Shown here in pieces: positions 24,190 to 34,377 of a stretch of 38,103 nt of DNA. Position 1 is the first letter of the stretch; each line of letters starts with the position of its first letter. The position numbers and the translations under genes were made by a program. This DNA comes from an uncultured Haemophilus sp. (GTDB taxonomy: Bacteria > Pseudomonadota > Gammaproteobacteria > Enterobacterales > Pasteurellaceae). Location of the stretch: assembly GCA_902481695.1 (NCBI GenBank), contig CABSXY010000001.1, positions 1 to 38,103 on the forward strand, in the 5' to 3' direction. A model generated the notes under the pieces. That model ran no database searches, was not told where the DNA came from, and saw only the letters and a program-made list of their open reading frames with translations.

Positions 24190-24206
24190 AGGAATAGAAA
24201 TCCTTG

Positions 24207-24235
24207 TTGCATAAACGTGGCAAATACTATAAAAT
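24207..24235 (+). promoter_or_regulatory. sigma70 promoter for infC-rpmI-rplT
   Basis: TTGCAT-17 bp-TAAAAT. Confidence 0.65.
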
Positions 24236-24331
24236 TTTGCCCGTTTTTTGCTTGTTTTTATAGCAAATGATTGAAGAAATCTTCTGTTTTAAATGCAGTG
24301 GGTTTTATCTTAAATAAATAGAAGGAATAAC

Positions 24332-24877
24332 ATTATCAAAACCGTAAAAAAAGCTCCGGCAGCTAACCGCCCGAATCGCATTAACGATGAAATTCGAGTA
24401 AAAGAAGTTCGTTTGATTGACCAAGATGGTGAACAAGCGGGGATTGTATCAATTCAACAAGCCTTAGATATGGCAGAACAAGCAGCGCTTGATTTGGTTG
24501 AGATCAGTCCGAATGCCGAACCACCGGTTTGTCGTATTATGAACTACGGCAAGTTCCTCTATGAAAAGAGCAAAACCGCAAAAGAACAGAAGAAAAAACA
24601 AAAAGTTGTACAAGTGAAGGAAATTAAATTCCGTCCAGGTACAGACGAAGGTGACTACCAAGTTAAATTACGTAGCTTAATCCGTTTCTTAGAAGATGGC
24701 GATAAAGCGAAAATTACTGTACGTTTCCGTGGTCGTGAAATGGCTCACCAAGATATCGGTTTAGACGTATTAGAACGTGTTAAAAATGATTTGGCTGACA
24801 TTTCAGTGGTGGAATCTGCACCAGGTAAATTAGAAGGTCGCCAAGCGGTAATGGTGTTAGCACCTAAGAAAAAATAA
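24332..24877 (+). CDS. infC: Translation initiation factor IF-3 with a non-canonical start (ATT 24332 or ATC 24335)
   Basis: The frame extends upstream of the ORF-track start through [28 protein letters not shown] to AAGGA-ATAAC-ATT-ATC-AAA, with no in-frame ATG. Also [14 protein letters not shown] and VKEIKFRP. Confidence 0.97.
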   Translation: MIKTVKKAPAANRPNRINDEIRVKEVRLIDQDGEQAGIVSIQQALDMAEQAALDLVEISPNAEPPVCRIMNYGKFLYEKSKTAKEQKKKQKVVQVKEIKFRPGTDEGDYQVKLRSLIRFLEDGDKAKITVRFRGREMAHQDIGLDVLERVKNDLADISVVESAPGKLEGRQAVMVLAPKKK

Positions 24878-25074
24878 TTTTTTATTTAGACTTGATCTAG
24901 ATAATCGAATTTTCACTTCGGTGAGAATACAACTGCACATTGGGCAAACTACGCAGCCTAATTGCTTTTGGAGAAGGGCAATTCAATTTGCCATATTGGA
25001 ATAATTAGTGCCTACAAGTAATCTTCGGATTCGCCTAATTATGTGTTTAACTTAAAATGCGGAGTTTTTTAACA

Positions 25075-25272
25075 ATGCCTAAAATTAAAACAGTACGTGG
25101 TGCTGCTAAGCGTTTCAAAAAAACAGCTTCTGGCGGTTTCAAACGTAAACAATCTCACTTACGTCATATTTTGACTAAAAAGACAACTAAACGTAAACGT
25201 CATTTACGTCATAAATCAATGGTTGCGAAAGCAGACCAAGTTTTAGTAGTAGCTTGCTTACCATACGCATAA
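25075..25272 (+). CDS. rpmI: 50S ribosomal protein L35
   Basis: [17 protein letters not shown]...HLRHILTKK. Confidence 0.99.
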
Positions 25273-25335
25273 GCCGTTATTTAAGCAAAACGTACGATTA
25301 GTTAAATTAGTTAAAAATATTACATAGGAGATTAA

Positions 25336-25692
<357 letters not shown>

Positions 25693-25718
25693 TTTTTTAA
25701 AGTTTAGATTCAAAAATT

Positions 25719-25744
25719 AGGACGCTGAAAAGCGTCCTTTTTTA
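25719..25744 (+). terminator. Terminator after rplT
   Basis: AGGACGCT-GAAA-AGCGTCCT plus T-run. Confidence 0.9.
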
Positions 25745-25759
25745 TTACCTCCCAAAAAG

Positions 25760-25790
25760 AAAAAACCGCTACTCAAAACTTGAATAGCGG
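25760..25790 (-). terminator. Minus-strand intrinsic terminator (for dxs and/or the candidate sRNA)
   Basis: CCGCTATTCA-AGTTT-TGAGTAGCGG-TTTTTT on the minus strand. Confidence 0.8.
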
Positions 25791-25842
25791 GGAGGTCTTA
25801 ATTTATAAGAAACTTCAAAAAGATAACTGCAATATGCAGTGC
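25760..25842 (-). ncRNA. Candidate ~83-nt small RNA
   Basis: Extended -10 (TGaTACATT, 25849-25857), 5' hairpin ACUGCA-UAU-UGCAGU, AU-rich linker ending in ACCUCC, then terminator CCGCUAUUCA/UGAGUAGCGG-U6. Confidence 0.4.
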
Positions 25843-25935
25843 ACTAGCAATGTATCAGACTGTGTGTTTTTGAAATAGTTCGATATTTTTGAAAAAATTT
25901 TAAAAAATATCAAAATTAAACCAAAATGAACGAAT

Positions 25936-27789
25936 TTAGCCCTTTATAAAGGCAATAATTTGCTCTTCAATCCCTTTTTCATCTAATTTAATTTCAGCAA
26001 GCGCTTCTTGTTGTGTGCCTTGCGGAATAAAAATATCAGGTAAACCTAGTTGTAAAAGTGCGGTTGTTTTTCCATGAGAATTTAGCACTTCTGAAACCGC
26101 AGAACCTGCACCACCTTGAATCGCATTTTCTTCCAATGTCACAATGACGTCATGGGTATTCGCCACTTCTAGAATACGAGCCTCATCAATTGGTTTCACA
26201 AAGCGCATATCGACAACAGTTGCATTGAGTTTTTCTGCCACAGATAAAGCGGCAGGTAAGAGTGTGCCAAAATTCAGAATCGCGATTTTTTCACCTTGAC
26301 GAACCATTTTTGAACGACCAATTTCTAATTCAGCAAGTGGGGTTAATTCTACGCCGATTGCATTTCCACGTGGATAACGTACCGCAGCAGGTTTACCACA
26401 TTTATAACCCGTGTAAAGCATTTGGCGACATTCGTTTTCATCACTTGGTGTCATGATGATCATGTTCGGAATGCAGCGCATAAAACTTAAATCAAACGCA
26501 CCTTGGTGAGTTTGACCATCAGCACCTACAATACCAGCTCGGTCAATGGCAAAAAGAACTGGTAAGTTTTGAATGGCGACATCGTGAATAAGTTGATCAT
26601 AAGCACGTTGTAAGAAGGTCGAGTAAATTGCCACAACAGGTTTATAACCACCAATTGCAAGGCCTGCTGCAAAGGTAACAGCATGTTGTTCGGCGATGGC
26701 CACATCAAAATATTGTTGCGGGAATCGCTCTGAAAATTCTACCATACCAGAACCTTCACGCATTGCAGGAGTGATGCCCACTAATTTATCGTCTTGTTCT
26801 GCCATTTCACATAACCAATCACCAAAGATTTTTGAATAGGTTGGTTTGGCATTTGATTTAGGCAGTTGTCCACTAATTGGATCAAATTTTGGCACACCAT
26901 GGAAACCAATAGGGTCTTTTTCTGCGGGCTCGTAACCTTTCCCTTTTTTGGTTTTGATGTGTAAGAATTGGGGCCCTTTGAGATCGCGCATATTGCTTAA
27001 AGTAGCAATTAATTCATCAATATTATGCCCGTCAATTGGTCCAATATAGTTAAAACCGAGCTCTTCAAAAAGCGTACTTTCTGGAGAGAACATCACACCT
27101 TTCATGTGCTCTTCGGTTTTCTTCATAAAGTTTTTAACAGTTGGCACTTTATCTAAAATTTTCTTACTGCCGTCACGAACAGTTGAATATAATGAACCAG
27201 AGAAAATACGGGCAAGGTGATTATTTAATGCGCCGACATTTTCAGAAATAGACATTTCATTGTCATTTAAAATGACCAACATATCAGTATGCAAAGAACC
27301 TGCATGGTTTAAGGCTTCAAATGCCATCCCCGCAGTGATTGCACCATCACCAATTACACAAACGGTTTTACGGCCTGCATTTTCACGTTCTGCCGCAACA
27401 GCAATACCCAGTCCTGCACTGATTGAAGTAGAAGAGTGGCCAACACTTAATACATCAAACTCACTTTCTTCACGCCAAGGGAAAGGATGAATTCCGCCTT
27501 TTTGGCGAATGGTGGACATTTGATCACGACGCCCCGTCAAAATTTTGTGTGGATATGCTTGATGGCCCACATCCCAAATTAATTGATCAAAAGGGGTTTT
27601 AAAAATGTAGTGTAGCGCAACAGTCAATTCAACGGTACCAAGACCAGATGCCAAATGACCACTGCTTTGACTAACGGATTCCAACAGATAACTCCGTAAT
27701 TCCTGACAAAGTTGCGGAAGCTGATCTTTATTCAACAGACGCAAATCTTCCGGCGAATTAATTAAGGATAAAAGAGGATAGTTGTTCAT
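25936..27789 (-). CDS. dxs: 1-deoxy-D-xylulose-5-phosphate synthase
   Basis: [15 protein letters not shown]...LNDN, IAEQHA, DRAG. Start set at MNNYPLL after an AGGA SD. Confidence 0.98.
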   Translation of the reverse strand: MNNYPLLSLINSPEDLRLLNKDQLPQLCQELRSYLLESVSQSSGHLASGLGTVELTVALHYIFKTPFDQLIWDVGHQAYPHKILTGRRDQMSTIRQKGGIHPFPWREESEFDVLSVGHSSTSISAGLGIAVAAERENAGRKTVCVIGDGAITAGMAFEALNHAGSLHTDMLVILNDNEMSISENVGALNNHLARIFSGSLYSTVRDGSKKILDKVPTVKNFMKKTEEHMKGVMFSPESTLFEELGFNYIGPIDGHNIDELIATLSNMRDLKGPQFLHIKTKKGKGYEPAEKDPIGFHGVPKFDPISGQLPKSNAKPTYSKIFGDWLCEMAEQDDKLVGITPAMREGSGMVEFSERFPQQYFDVAIAEQHAVTFAAGLAIGGYKPVVAIYSTFLQRAYDQLIHDVAIQNLPVLFAIDRAGIVGADGQTHQGAFDLSFMRCIPNMIIMTPSDENECRQMLYTGYKCGKPAAVRYPRGNAIGVELTPLAELEIGRSKMVRQGEKIAILNFGTLLPAALSVAEKLNATVVDMRFVKPIDEARILEVANTHDVIVTLEENAIQGGAGSAVSEVLNSHGKTTALLQLGLPDIFIPQGTQQEALAEIKLDEKGIEEQIIAFIKG

Positions 27790-27858
27790 ATATTCGTTAG
27801 TCCTAAAATGTGAAAAAAGTGACCGCACTTTGAGAAATAAAAATAAGTGCTGTCACCA

Positions 27859-28752
27859 TTAACTTTTACGATTGACAATAAATTCAGCTAATGCACGCAA
27901 TGCAGTGGTATCAAAAGGTAAATTGTCTAATTCATGTAAGGCTGTTTGATAGAGTTCTTGTGCTTTTTGTTTCGCGCCCTCTAATCCTAACAGTTTTGGA
28001 TAAGTGCTTTTATCTAAGCCTAAATCAGATCCCACCGGTTTACCGATTTCCGCACTGTCTCCTTCAATATCTAAAATGTCATCTTGTACTTGGAAAGCTA
28101 AACCAATAGCTTGTGAATAACGTTCTAGTTGTTGCTCTAATTCTTTGTTTTTAAAGTGAGGCGAACAGATAAAACCCAGTTTTAATGCGGCCGTTAGCAA
28201 AGCACCAGTTTTATTGCGATGAATAAGCTCTAATTCGGCTAAATTAACTTGTTTGTGCTCTGAAATTAAATCTAAACTTTGCCCTAAACACATGCCTTGT
28301 ACGCCAGATGCTCGAGCCAATACTTTCACTAATTGCAATTTTTGTTCAGCGGAAAGAGAAGGGGCTTCAGTCAGAATTTCAAAGGCAAAAGCTTGTAATG
28401 CATCGCCAGCTAAAATAGCCGTAGCTTCATCAAAAGCGATATGACAAGTTGGTTGACCTCGACGAAGTTCATCATTGTCCATTGCAGGTAAATCATCATG
28501 GATTAAAGAATAAGCATGAATAGCTTCAATGGCTGCGGCCGCATAATTTAAAGCAGTCGTTTCTGCACCCAGCATTTTTCCCGTTGCATAGACAAGGAAA
28601 GGGCGAACGCGTTTGCCGCCTAGTAATAAGCCATATTTCATGGCATCACGCAAAGGGGCATTATAAGAGTCAATTTCTTCAAATTGATTAGCTAAAAACT
28701 GATTAATACGATCTTGAACTTGTTTGAGTTCAGTGCCGAATTGATAACTCAT
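27859..28752 (-). CDS. ispA: Farnesyl diphosphate synthase
   Basis: GGKRVRP, SLIHDDLPAMDND, FQVQDDILD. Confidence 0.97.
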   Translation of the reverse strand: MSYQFGTELKQVQDRINQFLANQFEEIDSYNAPLRDAMKYGLLLGGKRVRPFLVYATGKMLGAETTALNYAAAAIEAIHAYSLIHDDLPAMDNDELRRGQPTCHIAFDEATAILAGDALQAFAFEILTEAPSLSAEQKLQLVKVLARASGVQGMCLGQSLDLISEHKQVNLAELELIHRNKTGALLTAALKLGFICSPHFKNKELEQQLERYSQAIGLAFQVQDDILDIEGDSAEIGKPVGSDLGLDKSTYPKLLGLEGAKQKAQELYQTALHELDNLPFDTTALRALAEFIVNRKS

Positions 28753-28755
28753 GGA

Positions 28756-28998
28756 TTACTCGTCCCCTTGATAATCACTTAATGGGGCGGTTTCGCTTTT
28801 TTGTAACAAAATTTGAATACGTTGTTCTGCTTGTTGTAAGCGTTCTTGACCAAGTTGAGCCAATTTAATGCCATTTTCAAATTCTTTCAGCGCATCTTCT
28901 AATGGTAATTCACCGCTTTCAAGTTTTGTCACAATGGTTTCTAATTGTGCAAGTGTTGTTTCAAAATCAGGTTCAGCATTTGCTGGTTTACGCGCCAT
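28756..28998 (-). CDS. xseB: Exodeoxyribonuclease VII small subunit
   Basis: [23 protein letters not shown]; xseB-ispA-dxs synteny. Confidence 0.97.
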   Translation of the reverse strand: MARKPANAEPDFETTLAQLETIVTKLESGELPLEDALKEFENGIKLAQLGQERLQQAEQRIQILLQKSETAPLSDYQGDE

Positions 28999-29165
28999 TA
29001 AATTATCCTTTTCAGATGAATAAATTGCTCCGTATTGTACTTGATTTTTATAGGGATGTTAAAAACTTATTTCAAAGTGCGGTCAGTTTTTCGTGAGAAT
29101 TTGCACTTTGTGGGATCTGGAATTTAGCGTACAATACGGCCATTTTTTATTATTCACTGATTATT

Positions 29166-30617
29166 ATGAAATTTATCGTTAAACTTTTTCCTGAAATTAT
29201 GATTAAAAGCGAAACTGTGCGTAAGCGTTTCGCAAAAATTTTGACCTCTAATATCCGCAATATTTTACAGAAATATGATGAAGAAACGGCGGTTGTTCGT
29301 CATTGGGATTACATCGAAGTGCGCTCAAAAAATGAAGCCAATCGTGAAGAGTTGATTGCGCTTTTACAACGTATTCCGGGGATTCATCATTTTTTAGAAG
29401 TGGAAGAAAAGCCGTTTACTGATTTACATCATATCTTTGAATTGACCTTAGCGGATGTCGCTGCTCAACTAGAAAACAAAACCTTTTGTGTACGTGTAAA
29501 ACGTAAAGGTAAGCATGATTTCAGCTCCATTGAAGCAGAACGTTATATCGGTGGTGGTTTAAATCAGCATATTGAAAGTGCAAAAGTACGCTTAAAAAAT
29601 CCTGATGTGACGGTGCGTATTGATATTGAAGATGACAAAATGATGCTGGTGAGAGCTCGCCATGTTGGATTAGGCGGTTATCCAATTGGTACGCAAGAAG
29701 ATGTGCTTTCATTGATTTCAGGTGGCTTTGACTCAGGCGTATCCAGTTATATGCTTATTCGTCGAGGTTCTCGTGTGCATTATTGTTTCTTCAATTTAGG
29801 TGGTGCAGCCCATGAAATTGGCGTGAAACAAATGGCTTACCATATTTGGAACCGTTATAGCTCATCCCATAAAGTCCGCTTTATTGCCATTCCTTTTGAA
29901 GGCGTAGTGGGCGAGATTTTAGAGAAAGTCGATAACGGTCAAATGGGCGTCGTGTTAAAACGAATGATGGTACGTGCTTCAAGTAAAGTTGCACAACGTT
30001 TTGATATTCAAGCTATCGTTACCGGTGAGGCACTCGGGCAAGTTTCGAGCCAAACGTTAACCAATTTACGCTTAATTGATGAAGCTGCAGATGCGTTAGT
30101 ATTACGTCCACTTATTACCCATGATAAAGAGCAAATTATCGCGATGGCGAAAGAGATCGGTACCGATGATATTGCCAAATCAATGCCGGAATTCTGTGGG
30201 GTGATTTCTAAAAATCCAACGATTAAAGCGGTACGTAAAAAAATTCTTGAAGAAGAAAATCACTTTGATTTTGGCGTGTTGGAAAGTGCGGTTGAAAATG
30301 CACAATATTTAGATATTCGTCAAATTGCAGAAGAAACTGAGAAAGAAGTGGTGGAAGTAGATACCATTTCAGTGCTTGGTGAAAACGATATTATTTTAGA
30401 TATTCGTAGCCCTGAAGAGACAGATGAAAATCCATTTGAATCAGATGAGCATCAAGTGATGCAGTTGCCGTTTTATAAATTATCTTCACAATTCGGCTCA
30501 TTAGATCAAAGTAAAAACTATGTGCTTTATTGTGAGCGAGGCGTGATGAGTAAACTGCAAGCGCTTTATTTAAAAGAAAATGGTTTTGCAAATGTGAGAG
30601 TTTTCGGGAAAAAATAA
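29166..30617 (+). CDS. thiI: tRNA 4-thiouridine synthase with a C-terminal rhodanese domain
   Basis: THUMP region, PP-loop SGGFDS, PEFCG, YCERG. Confidence 0.98.
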   Translation: MKFIVKLFPEIMIKSETVRKRFAKILTSNIRNILQKYDEETAVVRHWDYIEVRSKNEANREELIALLQRIPGIHHFLEVEEKPFTDLHHIFELTLADVAAQLENKTFCVRVKRKGKHDFSSIEAERYIGGGLNQHIESAKVRLKNPDVTVRIDIEDDKMMLVRARHVGLGGYPIGTQEDVLSLISGGFDSGVSSYMLIRRGSRVHYCFFNLGGAAHEIGVKQMAYHIWNRYSSSHKVRFIAIPFEGVVGEILEKVDNGQMGVVLKRMMVRASSKVAQRFDIQAIVTGEALGQVSSQTLTNLRLIDEAADALVLRPLITHDKEQIIAMAKEIGTDDIAKSMPEFCGVISKNPTIKAVRKKILEEENHFDFGVLESAVENAQYLDIRQIAEETEKEVVEVDTISVLGENDIILDIRSPEETDENPFESDEHQVMQLPFYKLSSQFGSLDQSKNYVLYCERGVMSKLQALYLKENGFANVRVFGKK

Positions 30618-30620
30618 GCT

Positions 30621-30655
30621 AAAAAATGACCGCACTTTTAACGTGCGGTTTTTTT
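30621..30655. terminator. Bidirectional terminator containing one USS
   Basis: ACCGCAC-TTTTAAC-GTGCGGT flanked by A- and T-runs, between convergent genes. Confidence 0.8.
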
Positions 30656-31598
30656 ATTCGTAATCTAATTCACCAATTAATTCATCAATAGCTTTGGCAA
30701 GTAACGTGCGGTCATGACGATAGCTGATATCATCTGCATTCAAGCGTTTAGCCAAGATTTTTACGGAAGAAATGGCAGACAAATCGACCGCACTTTGTTC
30801 ACGATAAGGGGTTATAGCACCATCAATAACGGATTCGCCGACGATTTCATTAATTTTCTGAATACGATCAGCCAGTGAAAGTTGAGAGGCAGCGCCAATT
30901 TCTACCCCTAAATTATCAATAAAAATCACTTTCGCTTTGCTATCACGCAGGGCAGTAGCTAATTCAGGTAGCAATAGCGGGGGCATAATACTCGTCATGA
31001 AACTTCCTGGCCCAAGTAAAATGACTTCCGCTTGCTCCAATGCTTGAATGGCTTCTTGTGCGGCTTTAACCATAGGCACTAAGAAAAGTGATTGGGGTAA
31101 TTCTGTTAAATTATCAATGCTCACTTCACCTACAATACTGGAGCCTGAACCTAAACTCGCGGCAAGATGAACAGGTTCTTCTGACATAGGAATAATGTGA
31201 GATTTTACTTTGAGTAATTCACGAATCAAGTTAATGGCTTCAATAGGGCGAATATGCATATCTTCTAAAGCTTTAAGCATTAAATTGCCTAAATTATGCC
31301 CAGAAAGCTCACCTTCGCCAGTAAAGCGGTACTCAAATAATGCAGAGGCCGTGCTCGGTTCAATAATGATTTGATTTAAGCAATTACGCAGATCTCCCCA
31401 TGCAATACCGCCTTGTTCTTGACGAATGCGACCCGTTGAACCGCCGTTATCTGTGGTGGTGACAATACCGGTTAAACGCTCTTTCATAAAACTAAGCGCC
31501 GATAATACACGCCCTAATCCATGACCACCACCAATGGCAACAATATGTTTGATTTCGTCTAAATGTTCATGACGGCTGTGACGAGATAAATCAGACAT
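30654..31598 (-). CDS. YvcK/YbhK family (UDP-GlcNAc-binding, gluconeogenesis factor-like) protein
   Basis: IGGGHGL, TTDNGGSTG, WGDLRN, GHNLGNL, GPGSFMTS; divergent from moaA as ybhK is in E. coli. Confidence 0.92.
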   Translation of the reverse strand: MSDLSRHSRHEHLDEIKHIVAIGGGHGLGRVLSALSFMKERLTGIVTTTDNGGSTGRIRQEQGGIAWGDLRNCLNQIIIEPSTASALFEYRFTGEGELSGHNLGNLMLKALEDMHIRPIEAINLIRELLKVKSHIIPMSEEPVHLAASLGSGSSIVGEVSIDNLTELPQSLFLVPMVKAAQEAIQALEQAEVILLGPGSFMTSIMPPLLLPELATALRDSKAKVIFIDNLGVEIGAASQLSLADRIQKINEIVGESVIDGAITPYREQSAVDLSAISSVKILAKRLNADDISYRHDRTLLAKAIDELIGELDYE

Positions 31599-31637
31599 TT
31601 TTCTTCCTTTTTTACCTATAAATTATTATAAAAAATA

Positions 31638-31663
31638 ATGTTATATATTTTCCTATATAAGTT
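31638..31663. promoter_or_regulatory. ModE-binding site
   Basis: TGTTATATA-TTTTCC-TATATAAGT fits TATAT-N7-TAYAT, upstream of moaA. Confidence 0.75.
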
Positions 31664-31761
31664 AATTCTGTTATTTTTATCAATATAGTCGGGTTATTCT
31701 ACCAAATTATTGCTATTAACCGCTTGCTTTTATTACAATATCAGCACAATTTATTTTTAAC

Positions 31762-31880
31762 GCATAACTCCGAGCTTGTTTAGCCTAAGTTTCACAGGAA
31801 ATACGGCGACAAGCCAATAACGCGGTACGTTATTCAGGGATACGCTGGAAACGGTTTATCCTCTCCATATTTAGAAAGGT
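31762..31880 (+). ncRNA. Moco RNA motif (putative molybdenum cofactor riboswitch)
   Basis: CUCCGAGC...CCUAAG, paired GCUUGU/ACAAGC, AAUAACG/CGUUAUU, GGAUA..GAAA..UAUCC and a terminal GAAAGG, directly before moaA. Boundaries are approximate. Confidence 0.8.
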
Positions 31881-31885
31881 GTAAA

Positions 31886-32899
31886 ATGCAATCCATTCCT
31901 ATCAAGAACGTAGGAGAGTCTCGCTTAGTCGATCCTTTCCAACGCCAATATTACTATCTACGACTGTCGATTACCGATCAGTGTAATTTTCGTTGTACCT
32001 ATTGTTTGCCTGATGGTTATCAACCTGAAGCTAATAAGCCAAGTTTCTTAACCTTAAAAGAAATTACCCATCTTGCCCAAGCGTTTGCTGAAATGGGCAC
32101 AGAGAAAATCCGTTTAACGGGTGGCGAACCCACTTTACGCAAAGATTTTATTTCTATTGCTGAAAGCATTGCTAATATTGATGGAATCCGTCAATTAGCT
32201 GTTACGACAAATGGCTATCGCATGGCAAAAGATGTGGCTGCTTGGAAGAAAGCAGGAATTACATCTATTAACGTCAGTGTTGATAGCTTAGATCCGAAAA
32301 TGTTCCATCAAATTACAGGTATCAATAAATTTGATGACGTGATGCGTGGTATCGATCGTGCATTTGAAGTGGGCTACAACAAAGTTAAAGTCAATTCAGT
32401 TTTGATGAAAAATTTGAATGACAAAGAGTTTGAGCAATTCCTTGTGTGGGTGAAAGATCGCCCAATTCAAATGCGTTTTATCGAACTCATGCAAACAGGC
32501 GAAATGGATAGTTTCTTTGATAAATTCCATCTTTCAGGACAAGTATTAGCGGATAAATTGCTGCAAAACGGTTGGCAATTACAACACAAATCCCATACTG
32601 ATGGTCCAGCTAAAGTCTTCACGCATCCTGATTATGCAGGCGAAATTGGCTTAATTATGCCTTATGAGAAGAATTTCTGCGCAAGCTGTAATCGTCTCAG
32701 AGTATCAGCGAAGGGCAAACTTCATCTCTGTTTATTCGGCGAAGAAGGCATTGAATTACGTGATTTATTGCAATCCCATGAACAGCAAGATATTTTGCAA
32801 GCACGTATTTTTTCTGCACTGCAAGGCAAACGTGAACATCATTATTTGCATATCGGTGATAGTGGCGTAAGAAATCATTTAGCCTCTATCGGTGGCTAA
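31886..32899 (+). CDS. moaA: GTP 3',8-cyclase (radical SAM)
   Basis: [26 protein letters not shown]...LCL, C-terminal IGG. Confidence 0.99.
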   Translation: MQSIPIKNVGESRLVDPFQRQYYYLRLSITDQCNFRCTYCLPDGYQPEANKPSFLTLKEITHLAQAFAEMGTEKIRLTGGEPTLRKDFISIAESIANIDGIRQLAVTTNGYRMAKDVAAWKKAGITSINVSVDSLDPKMFHQITGINKFDDVMRGIDRAFEVGYNKVKVNSVLMKNLNDKEFEQFLVWVKDRPIQMRFIELMQTGEMDSFFDKFHLSGQVLADKLLQNGWQLQHKSHTDGPAKVFTHPDYAGEIGLIMPYEKNFCASCNRLRVSAKGKLHLCLFGEEGIELRDLLQSHEQQDILQARIFSALQGKREHHYLHIGDSGVRNHLASIGG

Positions 32900-32987
32900 A
32901 AGAAAATAGGTGAATTTTACTGTTCACTTATTTTGCTTTCGTCACACATGTAAAACATTCAATATTTTAACCGCACTTTATTTTATT

Positions 32988-33470
32988 ATGACTACATTTA
33001 CGCATATCAATTCTCAAGGCGAAGCCAATATGGTGGATGTTTCTGCAAAGGCAGAGACTGTTCGTGAAGCTCGTGCTGAAGCCATTGTAACTATGTCAAA
33101 AGAAACGCTTTCCATGATCGTGGAAGGCAAACATCACAAAGGTGATGTATTTGCTACAGCACGTATTGCAGGTATTCAAGCGGCAAAACGCACCTGGGAA
33201 CTTATTCCGCTTTGCCATCCCTTATTACTTTCTAAAGTGGAAGTGAATTTAGAACCGTTACTTGAAACGAATCAAGTTCGTATTCAATCTCTTTGCAAAT
33301 TAACCGGAAAAACCGGCGTAGAAATGGAAGCATTAACCGCTGCAAGTGTGGCAGCTCTAACTATTTACGATATGTGTAAAGCCGTACAAAAAGACATGGT
33401 TATTGAGTGCGTTCGCCTGTTAGAAAAGCGTGGTGGAAAATCTGGTCATTTTATTGCGGAGGAAAAATAA
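32988..33470 (+). CDS. moaC: Cyclic pyranopterin monophosphate synthase
   Basis: [29 protein letters not shown]. Start set at MTTFTH. Confidence 0.98.
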   Translation: MTTFTHINSQGEANMVDVSAKAETVREARAEAIVTMSKETLSMIVEGKHHKGDVFATARIAGIQAAKRTWELIPLCHPLLLSKVEVNLEPLLETNQVRIQSLCKLTGKTGVEMEALTAASVAALTIYDMCKAVQKDMVIECVRLLEKRGGKSGHFIAEEK

Positions 33471-33471
33471 G

Positions 33472-33717
33472 ATGTTAAATGTTTTATTTTTTGCTCAAAC
33501 TCGTGAATTAATTGGGGAAGATTCTATTCAGCTTGAAGGCGATTTTTCGACAGCAGAAGCGGTGCGTGAACATCTTGCTCAAAAAGGTGATAGATGGGCG
33601 TTAGCGTTAGAAAAAGGGAAGCTTTTAGTCGCTATCAATCAAACCTTGATGCCACTAGAAAGTGCGGTCAAAAATGGGGATGAAATTGCATTTTTCCCAC
33701 CGGTAACGGGGGGCTAA
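33472..33717 (+). CDS. moaD: Molybdopterin synthase sulfur carrier
   Basis: VLFFAQTRE and C-terminal FFPPVTGG. Confidence 0.97.
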   Translation: MLNVLFFAQTRELIGEDSIQLEGDFSTAEAVREHLAQKGDRWALALEKGKLLVAINQTLMPLESAVKNGDEIAFFPPVTGG

Positions 33718-34170
33718 ATGACGGATATTCAAATTTCAGTACAAGAACAACCTTTTGATCAAAATGCCGTTTACCAATGGCTTTCTGAGCAACATTCAGT
33801 TGGCGCAACGGTTATTTTTGTGGGTAAAGTACGCGATCTTAATTTAGGCGATGAGGTATCCAGCTTATACTTAGAACATTATCCCGCAATGACAGAAAAA
33901 GCCTTACGTGAAATTGTAGAACAGGCGAAAGCCCGTTGGGATATCCAACGAGTGTCGGTGATTCATCGTGTGGGACTTTTACATACTGGCGATGAAATTG
34001 TTTTAGTCGGCATCAGTTCTGCTCACCGAGGTGATGCTTATCATGCTAATGAATTCATTATGGACTTCTTAAAATCCAAAGCCCCCTTCTGGAAAAAAGA
34101 ACAAACCAATCAAGGTGAACGTTGGATTGAAGCAAGAGAGAGCGATAAAGAAGCGTTAGAAAAATGGTAA
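33718..34170 (+). CDS. moaE: Molybdopterin synthase catalytic subunit
   Basis: LEHYPAMTEK, HRVG, SAHR, KAPFWKKE. Confidence 0.98.
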   Translation: MTDIQISVQEQPFDQNAVYQWLSEQHSVGATVIFVGKVRDLNLGDEVSSLYLEHYPAMTEKALREIVEQAKARWDIQRVSVIHRVGLLHTGDEIVLVGISSAHRGDAYHANEFIMDFLKSKAPFWKKEQTNQGERWIEARESDKEALEKW

Positions 34171-34176
34171 TTCAAT

Positions 34177-34210
34177 ATAAAAAATGGTCATTTTTATGGC
34201 CATTTTTTAT
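34177..34210 (+). terminator. Terminator after moaE
   Basis: AAAAAATGGTCAT/ATGGCCATTTTTT. Confidence 0.8.
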
Positions 34211-34377
34211 TTGTAATGAAATAAATATTTATACGAAATATAACTAATATATTTTCTACTAATATTTTTAAATATAATTTAATCTTGGCTATAATTGGTG
34301 TTATATTACGATGAAGCAGTTATATTCAAGATTATTTTCTCTTGAATATTGATAATAATATTACTAAGGAATTTATT

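Noticed and set aside
25790..25878. Plus-strand GGAGG followed by a short open frame (possible type I toxin or small peptide)
   Set aside because: No ATG/GTG at SD distance, the peptide is not hydrophobic, and it lies downstream of the rplT terminator with no evident promoter.
34211..34377. Simple-sequence-repeat phase variation of the adhesin promoter
   Set aside because: AT-rich, but no long homopolymer or tandem repeat tract.
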